The notes: generated from the sequence alone by a model not told the origin. A DNA stretch of 63,825 nt, filler included, from Octopus bimaculoides (GCF_001194135.2; 4 parts of 3 records of this genome joined end to end with filler, not necessarily neighbours in it); one strand, 5' to 3'; shown: positions 12,548 through 26,134, counted from the whole stretch's first letter. A program made the numbers and translations.

Positions 12548-12960
12548 TTGCTCTTCTTCTTCCTCTCCTTCTTTGCTCTTCTTCTTCCTCTCCTTCTTTG
12601 CTCTTCTTCTTCCTCTCCTTCTTTGCTCTTCTTCTTCCTCTCCTTCTTTGCTCTTCTTCTTTCACTACTTCTTTGCTCTTCTTCTTCCTCTCCTTCTTTG
12701 CTCTTCTTCTTCCTCTCCTTCTTCACCCATACCCTCTCTTCCTCTCCTTCTTCACCCATACCCTCTCTTCCTCTCCTTCTTCGCCCATACCCTCTCTTCC
12801 TCTCCTTCTTCGCCCACACCCTCTCTTCCTCTCCTTCTTCGCCCNNNNNNNNNNNNNNNNNNNNNNNNNNNNNNNNNNNNACTTCTTTGCTCTTCTTCTT
12901 CCTCTCCTTCTTTGCTCTTCTTCTTCCTCTCCTTCTTCACCCATACCCTCTCTTCCTCTC
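12548..12960 (+). repeat. Polypyrimidine minisatellite (25- and 29-bp units) next to a gap
   Basis: (CTCTTCTTCTTCCTCTCCTTCTTTG)n and (CACCCATACCCTCTCTTCCTCTCCTTCTT)n. Confidence 0.9.
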
Positions 12961-13307
12961 TTTTCCTATCTTCCTTCCATTTCACCTCTCAACAAAATTG
13001 ATATTTTCAACATTTGTAATATCAGAGGCAACAACGACTAAATACAAAAGTAAAAGTTATTTGCTGAATCTTCAAGATTGCAACAGTTCGTATACTTACA
13101 ACACACACATACACACACACGCATGCATGCAAATGCACATTTGGTTGCATGTGGCCCTGTGAATCTTTACATATTGTAATGTAGACAGAGTACAAACCGT
13201 TTTTGCATTCAGATTATTCTGTTGACTGCGATAATCCTATTTATTCCCAATGTTTTCAATTAATCATCTGTTAATTATCTCGTAGCTTTCAGATTTCAAT
13301 GATGTAC

Positions 13308-13708
13308 CTCTTTTACCTGTTTCAGTCATTTGACTGTGGCCATGCTGGAGCACCGCCTTTTAGTCGAGCAAATTGACCCCAGGACTTATTCTTTGTAAGC
13401 CTAGTACTTATTCTATCGGTCTCTTTTGCCGAACCGCTAAGTTACGGGGATGTAAACACACCAGCATCAGTTGTCAAGTGATGTTGGGGGGACAAACACA
13501 GACACACAAACATATACACACACATACATACATATACATATATACGACGGGCTTCTTTCAGTTTCTGTCTACCAAATCCACTCACAAGGCTTTGGTTGGC
13601 CCAAGGCTATAGTAGAAGACACTTGCCCAAGGTGCCGCGCAATGGGACTGAACCCAGAGCCATGTGGTTTGTAAGCAAGCTACTTACCACACAGCCACTC
13701 CTACGCCT
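13308..13708 (-). mobile_element. SINE family A, full length
   Basis: Reverse complement of the 3401-type element with intact head and tail. Confidence 0.85.
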
Positions 13709-14863
13709 GTGATTGTTTATTTTTAAAATGGCATTGAAAGGTAGGTGTGAGAGGCTGGATCTGGTCACCTTGAACATAAAACAGCTAGAATATTTTGGCC
13801 GGATGTGGCTGGTTTAGATGGTAAAAAGATAAGGCATTAAAGTTGGTGGAATTATTGTGAACACATTTTATTCCTTTATTGGTTTCAGTCATTCGGCTGT
13901 GGCCATGCTGGAGCACTGCCTTTAGATGAACAAATCAACTCCAGGCCTTATTCTTTGATAAGTCTAGTACTTATTCTGTTGGTCTCTTTGGGTACGTAAA
14001 CACACCTACATCAACTGAGCGACGGGAGGAGGGGGCATCAACCAGGCCCAGTCCAGCTCAGGGACTTTTTTTGGTTTTTATTTTTACATGAACACACTAT
14101 ATCGAGGGTGAAAGAGAGAGATATGTGAGATCAAGGTACAAGACGAATATGAAAGACAAGAATAGGATAGAGGAAGAGAAAAGATGGATGTGGAGGTAAG
14201 AATGCACACAAGGATGAGAATAGTGTGACAAATGATTAGAGATAGGGAATGAGTCGGGCTCAGGAAATAGCAGTTTAGTGGAGGGAAGGAAAAGGTAAAG
14301 ATCATGGACCACACCCCCTTTGGGATTTTTTGGGGGTTTTATTTTTACATGAACACACTATATCGAGGGCAGAGATTCCGAATCTGCCAAAAAATCTGCA
14401 GAGAAATAATTATAAACACCCCCTCCCCTCCACCCTATCACAAGAAGTGAAATTGTCGTGTTGGGTACTTTTGTGTATGCGTGTGTGTGTAATATGATAT
14501 CATAGAAACTTCTCAACCCTGAACTGATGTCAGTGGTAACAAATTTCTTTATCCGCATTAAAAAAAAAAAAAAAAATTTCGAGAGCTCTTAATCGATAAG
14601 GATAAAGATACAAGGGAGATAAACAGGGTTACCAGATGTAAGGGAGACAAACCAATAAAAAAAGTCTGTTTTTCTACTAAATTGAGTCATATATTTCAAC
14701 TGAGTTACGATATGAGTTACGATATCATAAAAACCAGCTAAAAGAATCGTATTGGTTAATGAAAGACAACAATGTTTTTAACTTATGCTACCTTCTACAA
14801 CATAGCTTTATAATAATAATAATAATAATAATAATAAAGGAAATAGCTTACATATACACATAG

Positions 14864-15258
14864 TCGCAGGTGTAGCTGTGTGATAAGAAATTTGCTTCCC
14901 AACTACATGGTTCCGGGTTCAGTCCCACTGCGTGGCACCTTGGACGAGTGTCTTCTGCTATAGCCTCGGGCCGACCAAAGTCTTGTGAGTGGATTTGGTA
15001 GATGGAAACTAAAAGAAGCCCGTCGTATATGCATATATACATATGTATGTATGTGTCTATGTGTATGTATGCTTGTGTCTGCGTTTGTCCCCCACCATCG
15101 CTGGTGTGTTTACTACTCCCGTAACTTAGCAGTTCGACAAAAAAGTCCGATCAAATAAGTACTAGGCTTACAAAGAATAAGTCCTGGGGTCAATTTGTTC
15201 GACTAAAAGGCGGTGCTCCAGCATGGCCGCAGTCAAATGACTGAAACAAGTAAAAGAA
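14864..15258 (+). mobile_element. SINE family A, full length
   Basis: Same head, body and tail as 3401-3775. Confidence 0.85.
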
Positions 15259-15519
15259 TAGCATAGTGCTACAGATCATATATAATCTCTCTCTCTCTCT
15301 CATATCATCATCATCGTTTAATGTCCGTCTTCCATGCTGGCATAGGTGTGTGAAGGCGCATAGCTTAGTGGTTAGGGCATTCAGCTCACAAACGTAAGGT
15401 CGTTAGTTCAATTCCCAGTGACATGTGTCCTTGAGCAACACACTGGTAGGGGCACAATCTGCTCTCAATTTGAAGTATTTGTGGCTGTGTGTGTGTGTGT
15501 GTGTTGAACTTCAGATTTT

Positions 15520-15900
15520 AAGCATTGCTTTAACATGAAAACATCATCACAATTCCACAGTTCATTGCAGTAAGAAAAGAAAGAGTGATCACTGGTTCTG
15601 ATGGCATTAAACACATGTGAAACAAATTTGCACCTGGCAAGTTCATCACAGACAACATATTATGCAGGAATAACTGAGCACAATATTGCAGATGACGGTT
15701 TTTTTTTTTTCCTACAGTCACTGGTCAGCAAATGTCCAAGTTTCATGACATCAGCTGTTTTGTTATCACACATTCATCAGTTTCACAGTGCTGCCACTGT
15801 TTACACAGAAGAATTGTCTCTTATGTACTATCTAATTGCAGATGTACTGTGCTGGACGTGTGAGAGAGTTGAGTGACTTTTCTTCTAGCATTTTACAAAA
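15520..15900 (-). mobile_element. Highly degenerate mariner transposase fragment
   Basis: Minus strand contains DEL.RCKFVSHVFNA, similar to the xxSAKFVPHxLT linker. Many stop codons. Confidence 0.35.
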
Positions 15901-16329
15901 CTGGTTCTCTATCAATGAAGCCGTCCACAATCTGGAGTTAGCAAATTATAAACATCTCTCTCTCTCTCTAACCATGCACCTCCTCTATAGCAAGACACCT
16001 ATTTCTGCCTCTCTGTTTTTCTGTTACACTCTAACCTTTCATCATCTGATACTGGATCATCTCCTCTAATTCCCCCTCTGTTGTGGCGAGAAGCCTGCTT
16101 GTCTCTTTGTTACTTTAACACAGGTTTCCCTCCTCAAATGCCCTGCTCTTCTCATAGCTCCTTGTCTTGTGAGTTACTTGGTTACTCTGCCGACCAGTGC
16201 TGGTGCCATGTTAAAGGCACCCAGTCCACACTGTTAAGTGGTTGGTATTTGGATGGGCATCCAGCTGTTAAAATCATGCTGAAACTAACTTTGCCTGTGC
16301 TAGTGCCATGTTAAAAGCACTGAGTCCAC

Positions 16330-16705
16330 TGATCTCACTTTACTTGCTGGGTCTTCTCAATCACAGCATATCTCCAGAGGTCTCAGTCTCTTGTCATTGC
16401 CTCTGTGAAGCCCATCATTCAAAGGTCATGCTTCACCACCTCGTCCCATGTCTTCCTGGGTCTCCCTCTTCCACGGGTTCCTTCCACTGTTAGCATGTGA
16501 CACTTCTTCACACAGCTCTTCTCATCCATATGCAGCACATAACCATACCAGCGCAGTCATCTCTTTTGTATACCGCATCTGATGCTTCTTATGTCCAACT
16601 TTTCTCTCAGGGCGCTAACACTCTGTCATGCATGCACACTAACATTACACATCCAGCGGAGCATACTAGCTTCATTCCTTGCAAGCTTACGCATGTCCTC
16701 AGCAG
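16330..16705 (-). mobile_element. RTE LINE ORF 3' end
   Basis: Minus strand with frameshifts and stops: RNEASMLRWMCNVSV...LREKLDIRSIR...LRWYGYV...EGTRGRGRPRKTWDEVVKHDL. Confidence 0.8.
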
Positions 16706-18091
16706 TCTACCTTTTACTTTTCTCTCAGGGCTAAAAAAAAACAAGCAACAAACAGATACACCAAAACGTTCAATGAAAAATTCCATGATGGAATGAAAGC
16801 ATGTGTGAGTTAGAGTGTTGAATTTGTGAATACCTGCTGCAAGAATGATGGGTGCCATCATTGCTGCATCTGTGCAAAAGACTGTTGGTTCCTAGCAGGA
16901 CTGAAAAGCTGCATCTACTTTAAGAGAAAAATCAAACCATGGTATTGCTCAAAACTGAGTTGCAACCATTGTATGTTTATATGTATAAGCTTGACATAGC
17001 CTAATGGTTAAGCAGTTTACTTCACAATTCCAAGGTCCCAGGTTTGATCCTATTGAACAGCAGCTCAGGAAAATGTCCTTTATTATAGACTTGTGTCTGA
17101 GGGCACATTACTTAGTGGTTAGGGTACTGTACTCGTGATCATGAGATTGTGGTTTCAATTTTTGGACTGGTTGGTGCTTTGTGTTCTTGAGAAAAACACT
17201 TCATCTCCCATTGCTCTGCAATCACTTTGACACCTGACGTGTTCAGGTAACGATGATTTGATGGAAAGAGTGAGCTAATGTAAAATACATACAATTGATA
17301 GCTATAAGCAAATCATTTATGTAGCTTGTTCTGCTAGAAATTGCAGAATTGCCTTTCTCAGACGACGGGAGACAGCCAACACCATTGTCATGAGCCTTAA
17401 CTCAACTCATACCTTGTATTGTACATGTAATTCAAAGAATCCAGCCTCATCACTCACCATGTTGCATTGGTTTCATCTGTGGATTGTGTTACGGGTACAC
17501 CTGTCCATGGAATACTCAGCCACATACATGCTAATTTAATGAGTAGATCTTTCGATAGAACAACATTGAAAATAATGGAAGTCTACTTACTTTTATGAAT
17601 GCATGTGCATATGTATTTATACAAACGTACATGCATATGTTTTTATATATGTGCTTGTGTGTGTGTGTGTGTGTTTGTGCACGTGCTTGTGTGTGTGTGC
17701 AGGGACAAAGGCTTGCTATCCATATCTCATTTTTTTTTTCTTGCAATGTGTATGTCTTTTATATGATTTAGAAGTTAATCTGTTGATATAACAATATTTC
17801 TTTTTAAGGTTGTACACTTTGTTTATGACATATAATGATATCGGCACTGAGATGTTTCTTTTTGCATCTTATGGAAATATTTTTACTTTGTGTGTGCGTA
17901 TGTATATGTGCATGTATATGTAGACAGACATACATTTATAAGCATGTACACACACACATATATATGTACATATACATGTTTATATGCATGTACATATATA
18001 AATATGCGTATGTGTATATGTATTTACATGTATATATGAGCATATATATATGTATGTGTGTGTATATATATGCATATACATTCATGTATGC

Positions 18092-18140
<49 letters not shown>

Positions 18141-19042
18141 NNNNNNNNNNNNNNNNNNNNNNNNNNNNNNNNNNNNNNNNNNNNNNNNNNNNNNNNNNNN
18201 NNNNNNNNNNNNNNNNNNNNNNNNNNNNNNNNNNNNNNNNNNNNNNNNNNNNNNNNNNNNNNNNNNNNNNNNNNNNNNNNNNNNNNNNNNNNNNNNNNNN
18301 NNNNNNNNNNNNNNNNNNNNNNNNNNNNNNNNNNNNNNNNNNNNNNNNNNNNNNNNNNNNNNNNNNNNNNNNNNNNNNNNNNNNNNNNNNNNNNNNNNNN
18401 NNNNNNNNNNNNNNNNNNNNNNNNNNNNNNNNNNNNNNNNNNNNNNNNNNNNNNNNNNNNNNNNNNNNNNNNNNNNNNNNNNNNNNNNNNNNNNNNNNNN
18501 NNNNNNNNNNNNNNNNNNNNNNNNNNNNNNNNNNNNNNNNNNNNNNNNNNNNNNNNNNNNNNNNNNNNNNNNNNNNNNNNNNNNNNNNNNNNNNNNNNNN
18601 NNNNNNNNNNNNNNNNNNNNNNNNNNNNNNNNNNNNNNNNNNNNNNNNNNNNNNNNNNNNNNNNNNNNNNNNNNNNNNNNNNNNNNNNNNNNNNNNNNNN
18701 NNNNNNNNNNNNNNNNNNNNNNNNNNNNNNNNNNNNNNNNNNNNNNNNNNNNNNNNNNNNNNNNNNNNNNNNNNNNNNNNNNNNNNNNNNNNNNNNNNNC
18801 ACACACATACACACGTGTGTGTGTGTGTGTCACTTGTTTTGTTCTTCTTGTTCTTACCAAGCTATGATAAGAAGAAAATCTTGTATAGTTTTATGGCTCA
18901 CATTGGATTTATCTTTAAATAATTGTCAGTTGCAATCAATAGTCTTCTTCCTTGTATATAATTCTAATCTACTGGAATAACACTCCAGCCCACCTCACCC
19001 ACCCTCGAGAACAAAACCACACAAACACACATGCACTTGCAG

Positions 19043-19073
<31 letters not shown>

Positions 19074-19519
19074 TGCACATTCACAGACATGCAGAATGCA
19101 CATTCACACACCTAGCTACATGACCTCATCATCCTTGTACTGATGTTGTTTGGAAACAACTTACCATTGTGTGTTATATAGATGAGAGAGAGAGAGAGAG
19201 AGAGAGAAAGAGGAGGAACGAACAAGAGAAAATCTATACCCATAGCATGAAAAAAAATATAGAAGCAATATAAACAACATTAACTTTTAATATTGCTTTA
19301 ATAGAAATGTGAGTGGGATTGACGATAGCAGAAATGGTTGCCAGCAGCCAGACAAAATGACTCGCCATATCTCAGTTATGTCCCTTTTATGTTCCAACTT
19401 CAAGCAAGGAAGGCCTTTCAATATTAGCTTTATTTACTTATTTTGCTTTCACTGCCAATCAGCTTCATGCAATTTTTTTTCTCTTTGGACATATCTGTAA
19501 CTGTATCCTAATCCACCAA

Positions 19520-19840
19520 GGGAAGGTATGTCGGAAGAAAGTAATTCAACAACGTGGGTTGATGAACCGTAAGACGTGTGGCCAGAACCTCCTGGAAAAT
19601 AACCATAGCGAGGGACATTCCACAGTTGAATTAGAACAGTCACAAACAGTGAAAGAAGACATGCACCCAACACCAGAGCTGAAGACACCTCCGAAAGGGG
19701 GTGGCCCCGCCACGTCAAAACGGTAGAGGAGTAGGGGCCGAAACCGGACGTGGTTCCTCCTGATGATGTCTTGAGCTAACTGGATCCTATAAAGAAGCTG
19801 TTGTGGTAGCAGACCACGAAACATGGTTGAAATTCCTTCC
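19520..19840 (+). mobile_element. Very degenerate RTE-like 3' fragment
   Basis: RSRGRNRTWF resembles the RGRPxxTW motif; stops and frameshifts throughout. Confidence 0.3.
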
Positions 19841-19855
19841 TATATATTTATGTAA

Positions 19856-20220
19856 GGTGCAGGTGTGGTTGCTTCCCAGTCACATGGTTCCAGGTTCAGT
19901 CCCACTGCGTGGCATCTTGGGCAAGTGTCTTCTGCTATAGCCTCAGGCCGACCAAAGCCTTGTGAGTGCATTTGGTAGACGGAAACTGAAAGAAGCCCGT
20001 CGTGTATATGTAGATGTGTGTGTGTCTGTGTTTGTCCCCACCAACATCGCTTGACAACTGATGCTGGTGTGTTAATGTCCCCGTAACTTAGCGGTTTGGC
20101 AAAAGAGACCAAAAGAATAAGTACTAGGCTTACAAAGAACAAGCCCTGGGGTCGATTTGCTCGACTAAAGGCGGTGCTCCAGCATGGCCACAGTCAAATG
20201 ACTGAAACAAGTAAAAGAGT
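19856..20220 (+). mobile_element. SINE family A
   Basis: Family A head with a small deletion, plus body and tail. Confidence 0.85.
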
Positions 20221-21939
20221 AAGACATCTGTAGCCAGAGCCGGAGCTGGTTTCAGCTGCTTTGGTAACGAAAGGGCTAAGCTTCTCATGTGATGATTTGT
20301 AGCATAATGTTTAGATATTTTATATCAGTTATCAATTAATTGGGGGGTAAATTGCTAGAATGATTAGAATGGTGAATAAAATATCTTGTAGTATTTGTCC
20401 TGGCTTTCTGCACACTGAGTTCAAATTCTGTAAAGGTCATCTTTATCGTTCATCTTTCCAGTCAGGTGCTAGGATCACTTCTCTCTCCCCCTTTCTCCGT
20501 CCTCTCTCTGCCCCTCCCTCCTCTTCTCCCTCTTTCTGAGAATCAGTTATGTTGCAAAGTAAGAAGGAGACCATTCACACCATCCCTTTGTCCAAAAATG
20601 GGGAAGTGTTGAGTGAAGGCTAGCATCATCTTCTCATAAAAAAATATAAACTGATATATCAAAATATGACCTGATATGCAGCACAACATGGAACCATCAA
20701 AACCACTTAATGTCTTTTCTTCCATATTGGCATGGGTTAGAGGGGTCGATATGAATAGATGAAAGCCAGAGGGCTACACTTGAGCTCCAATGTCATCTTT
20801 GACATGGTTTCTATGGCCAGATACCCTTCATAATACCAACTGCTTCACAGAGTGTACTTGGTGCTTTCTTATTTTTTATAGCACCAGCATTGGTGATGTT
20901 CCCAAGTACTCACAAGACAAGATTCTTTAACTGAGTGGAGGATAACATTGAAGGATGTGAAACTGTTAGAGAGAGAAGAGCAAGTAGGTATCTTGCTGAA
21001 GAGAGAGAGGAGGGGAGAGAGAAAGAGGGGGAGAGAGAAAGAGAGAGTGTGTGTGTGTGTGTACAAGGCAAATATGAGAAATGGAATAAGGATAATGGAA
21101 CAGAAAAGACAGATGGGTCAGTAAGTGTATAAAAGTGAAAGGAGTGTGTGTGATAGAAGATCAGAATGGTAACAATAAATAGAATACTGTAACATTAATT
21201 AAAATGTTAATAAATTAACTACCAAGATATTAATAATATAATTGGTGTTAGATATTAGACATTACATGCATTAATAAGGCAATTCAAAATAATGACATTA
21301 TTAAATTCTTCAGGGATGCCTTCTGCATGATCAACATGCATGTAAGTACATGTCATCATGAAAGTAATTAGCATTTTCAATTAATTAAAAATTCTTTTCA
21401 ACTCATTACATTATCTATGTAATTCTGCATTTAATTATATTCGCTAATTTGAAACAGTAAAAATAGCAGTAAGTCCACTGGCAGGACTTGAACTACAGAT
21501 CTATCGTTTACCAGAGAACTATGTTAACTAGTAGTATCACTGAGTTATAGAATGATTGTCATTACATCCCAACCTGATTGAAATAATAGTGGAGGCCTAT
21601 AGCTTGGTGGTTAGGGTGTTAGACTCATGATGATTAGACGGTGGTTTCAATTCCTGGACAAGGTGATTCATTATGTTCTTGAGCAAAACATTTTATTTCA
21701 TGTTGCTCTCGTCCGTCCACTCAGCTGGCAAAAATGAGAAATTCTGTGACAAGCCAGCCTCCTGACCAATGTGCTGAAGGAGATTTTCTACAACAGGGTG
21801 CTCTTCCTGATGCTAACCTTCACACATTTCCAAGCAAGGTAATATTTCCCCCATAGCTAGACCTGCTTTTTACAGACAATGCTCATTTACAATTATCACA
21901 TATTTAGACAAGGGTACACAAACACATTCACACACGTGT

Positions 21940-21970
<31 letters not shown>

Positions 21971-22258
21971 GCTGAACAGACAAGGATATTAAAGGACTTC
22001 CTTGACCCAGGGAACATCCTTAACTCCAGCCCAGAAGTCTTTGGATCCTGCTTGCACTTCAAGAAATTCCTGTTGGTGTCCTGGGATCCACTTGATAACA
22101 GGGTCAAAGGGTCAATTACGAGTAGGGGGAGACAATCCCCAATCATTGACAGAGTAACAAAGTCTTTTCCTCCTTCATTTTCTAGAGAGGCCATAGGCCT
22201 AGGGTCTGAAGAAACCCAGGATAACCTCATACACTGGCCATATCTATCTTTATATATA

Positions 22259-22298
<40 letters not shown>

Positions 22299-22398
22299 NN
22301 NNNNNNNNNNNNNNNNNNNNNNNNNNNNNNNNNNNNNNNNNNTTAATTAATTAANNNNNNNNNNNNNNNNNNNNNNNNNNNNNNNNNNNNNNNNNNNN
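22299..22398. other. Artificial scaffold join (44N-TTAATTAATTAA-44N)
   Basis: Exactly 100 bp. The palindromic 12-mer has a stop codon in all six frames. Identical joins at 51103-51202 and 60004-60103. Confidence 0.95.
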
Positions 22399-22732
22399 AT
22401 ATATATGGGTGTGTGTGTGTGTATGTATTGGGTGCAACAAGGCTGGCCCTTCAAAATACTGGTACTACTCATTTTCGCCAGTTGAGTGGACTGGAGCACT
22501 GTGAAATAAAGCGTCTTGCTCAAGGAAATCAAACTCTTGCTGGGAATTGAACTCATGACTTTACAATCGTGAGCCTAGTGCCCTAACCACTAAGCCACAT
22601 ACCTTCACACACACATACACATGCGCACACACGCAAATGCACACACACGCAAATGCACACACATGCAAATGCACTAACACACACACATACTCACACATTT
22701 ATATATATATATATATATATATATATGGATAT

Positions 22733-22766
<34 letters not shown>

Positions 22767-22813
22767 GTATTTTGTATCCATATCTACATATATGTGTGTG
22801 TATTTTGTATATG

Positions 22814-22859
<46 letters not shown>

Positions 22860-22978
22860 TATACACAGATACAAAATACACACACACACACACATATATG
22901 TGCAGAGACACACATCTGTCTCCTCACCATTAACAAAAGGTCACAAAGATTTATGGTCACCTCCTGTTATATTTGCAG

Positions 22979-23144
22979 AGAACTCTTCATGGATGCCGTA
23001 CCAATGCTCGGAACCGTGGCCTCGGTTGACTTCATGACATCAAAGATCCTTAACGGGGCCGTTCCACATCACAGAGAGATTCTGTGGATAGCGTCCTTTC
23101 CCTTTATTTCGAACCCAAAGAAGACTATGCTGGAAATCATGAGA
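22979..23144 (+). CDS. Large lipid transfer protein (apolipophorin/apoB/vitellogenin family), first visible exon, alpha-helical part of the Vitellogenin_N domain
   Basis: TTTGCAG acceptor; ELFMDAVPMLGTVASVDFMTSKILNGAVPHHREILWIASFPFISNPKKTMLEIMR; GTAAGT donor; phases 2-0. Confidence 0.9.
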
Positions 23145-23149
23145 GTAAG

Positions 23150-23545
23150 TTTCCTTTTCTTTCTTTCTTCCTTCCTTCCTTCCTTTCTTTTCTTCTTTCC
23201 TTCTTTCTTCCTCTCTTTTTTTCCTTTCTTTCCTTCTTTCTTTCTTTCTTCCTTCCTTCCTCTTTTTTCTCCTTCCTTCCTTTCTTTCTTCCTTTCATTC
23301 TTTCTTTCTTTCTTTCTTCCTTTCTTTCCTTCTTTCTTCCTTCCTTTCTTTCCTTCTTCCTTCCTCTCTTGTTTCTCCTTTCTTCCTTCCTCTCTTTTTT
23401 CTCCTTTCCTTCTTTCTTTCTTCCTTCCTCTCTTTTTTCTCCTTTCCTTCTTTCTTTCTTCCTTTCTTTCCTTCTTCCTTTCTTCCTCTCTTTTTTCTCC
23501 TTTCTTTCTTTCCTTCCTTCTTTCTTCCTTTCTCCTTTCTTTCTT
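23150..23545 (+). repeat. (TTCC/TTTC)n microsatellite
   Basis: Pyrimidine-only tract directly after the donor. Confidence 0.95.
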
Positions 23546-23619
23546 TTGTTGTTGTTGTTGTTCCATCTTCTATCTTCTACTTGCTTCAGTGATTAGACTG
23601 CGGCCATGCTGGGGCATTG

Positions 23620-23730
23620 ACTAGAATCTGATGTGATCAGCCTGGTGTGCTTTTGATCAGGTGTCAGAAGATATGGCACCTGGCGAGCAGAAACTTCCAT
23701 CAAAGCTTTGTGAGCATATTTGGGAGATGC
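23620..23730 (-). mobile_element. Mariner transposase fragment
   Basis: HKALMEVSARQVPYLLTPDQKHTRLITS resembles KVSARWVPRLLTPDQKxxR. Confidence 0.6.
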
Positions 23731-23770
23731 AAAATTAAAAGAAGCCTGTCCTGTATATATATATATAGAT

Positions 23771-24170
23771 GCAGGAATGGCTGTGTGGTAAGTAGCTTGC
23801 TTACGAGCCACATGGTTCCAGGTTCAGTCCCACTGCGTGGCACCTTAGGCAGGTGTCTTCTACTATAGCCTCGGGCTGACCAAAGCCTTGTGAGTGGATT
23901 TGGTAGACGGAAACTGACAGAATCCTGTCGTATATATGTATATATGCATGTGTGTATATGTTTGTGTGTCTGTGTTTGTCACCCCGCCATCACTCGACAG
24001 CCGATGTTGGTGTGTTTATGTCCCCATTATTTAGCAGTTCGGCAAAAGAGAACGATAGAATAAGTACTAGGCTTACAAAGAATAAGTCCTGGGGTCGATT
24101 TGATTCGACTAAAGGCGGTGCTCCAGCATGGCCAAAGTCAAATGACTGAAACAAGTAAAAGAGTGAAAGA
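23771..24170 (+). mobile_element. SINE family A, full length
   Basis: Intact head, body and tail. Confidence 0.85.
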
Positions 24171-24268
24171 GTATATATAGTTTGAATTTACAGAAAACAA
24201 AAGACGAAGGCAGGTGAAGGAACAGAAAGCAGGTCTATTGGTTTAATGCTCAGGAAGAATGAAAAAGT

Positions 24269-24304
24269 CTTTGATGTTTCGAGCCTAAGCTCTTCATCAG
24301 AAAG
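24269..24304 (-). ncRNA. Minimal type I hammerhead motif in a Penelope-like remnant (about 24190-24360)
   Basis: Minus strand: CTTT CTGATGA A GAGC ttag GCTC GAAA CA TC AAAG. Confidence 0.6.
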
Positions 24305-24774
24305 GATTAAGAGGCAAAACAGTGGAAGCTCAATGAAAAAAAACTGGGAAGAGAAAAAAAAATGTGCAGGGATTAACAGTTCAACATGATGAAATGGCCG
24401 GAAGAAAGAGGCTGAGTGAAAGGGAGATAATAACAGTGACCCAACTGAACTAGGGTGTGCAAACATGTATGTGTATGTGAGAATGGTTTATATGAGTGTG
24501 TATGTGTGTGAATGGGAGTGAGTGCCTGAGTATGCATGTGTGGGCGAGCTGAAAATTATGTAGCTGATATTTTCTTATTCCCATACATAATATTATGCAT
24601 ATAAAATATATCCCACTCAACAATATTGTTCTGTGACCTAGAAACTTGAACAAAAACAATATAAAAGATCTTTGAAAGCATTAAAAAAATACTCTAATAT
24701 TCATGCCTCATTTACAAGAGAGAAGAGAAAAATGATTGTGGAAAATTTCAAATAACATATTGTTTTAGTACCAC

Positions 24775-24853
24775 TATGTATCTGTCTATGTATCTATCTA
24801 TTTATCAATCTGTCTATCTAGCTGTCTGTCTGTCTATCTATGTGTCAATCAAT

Positions 24854-24887
<34 letters not shown>

Positions 24888-24988
24888 GTCTATCTATTTA
24901 TCTATCTATCTATCCATCTATTTATCTATCCATCTGTCTATTTATCTATCTATCTGTCTATTCATCTATCTATCTATCTATTCATCTC

Positions 24989-25022
<34 letters not shown>

Positions 25023-25105
25023 AATTTATCTATCTATTTATCTATCTATCTATCTGTCTGTGTCTATCTATCTCACTATCTATCCATATCTGTCTGTCTG
25101 TCTAC
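24775..25105 (+). repeat. (TATC)n microsatellite
   Basis: Direct inspection. Confidence 0.95.
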
Positions 25106-26134
25106 ATCCCCATAACTTAGCAGTTCGGCAAATGCAATCAACAGAATAAATACTAGGCTTTAAAAAAAAAAGTTCTGGGGTCGATTTGTTCAACTAAAAC
25201 ACTTCAAGGTGGTGCTCCAGCATGGCCACAGTCAAATGATTGAAATGAGTAAAAGAATAAAAGAAATCATAGAAGTATAACCAATTTCTTGCAGATAAAT
25301 TTTAATGACAAAATCTTATATGGAACCCCAAGGGCCATATGCTCCCCCGTTGTGGACCCCTGATGTATATCTATCACTCACCCTCAACTGCTCCTACTCT
25401 CACTTACCCTAACTTCATTTGCTCAACTCTAAAGATATAGAGGGCACCGCTTTCTACTGGACTATAAAGATGTGAGGGGTCACACTCTGCTCAGTGTATC
25501 ACTTTGTTGCCACATTCACACTTTCACTCACACTCACTCCACCACTCTCACTCTACATTGTTGCAGTAAATGCTGGATGGGAGAGATAAGATGGGTAACA
25601 CTCTATTCAGAGTATGGTCCCTGTCTTCTTTCACTCTCTGTCCCATCACTTACACTCACTTCCATCACTCACACTTGCTTCCCCAACACACTCACACCCT
25701 TTCACTTGCACTTGACCTCTCAAGTCACACTCCACTCATTCTCCCCATTTCCACTTCTTTCATTTACACTCACTACCTCCATTCAAATCTTGCTTCCTCT
25801 ACTGTCATTCTCTCACTCCCTCCACTCACACTTGATCTATGAAGTCATGCACACTCCAGCCTTTCCCTGAGTGCAGCCACTCTTACTCATAACCTGCACT
25901 CTCACTCACAACTACACTCACAACATTCACCTTCACTTCACAACTTCACTCACACTCATAGCTTCACTTACACTCTTCACTCCCACTTACAATCTTTGTT
26001 CACACTCAGACTAACACTCTTCATTCATGCTCACACTCTTTACTCATGTTCACACTCACCACCCAAGCTCACACTTTCACTCACACCTTCCACCTTAACT
26101 CACCTATTTTCACACTCTCCACTCTCTGTTACAG

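Noticed and set aside
22343-22354. TTAATTAATTAA as a homeodomain site or biological palindrome
   Set aside because: Centred in exactly 44+44 Ns three times; a synthetic linker.
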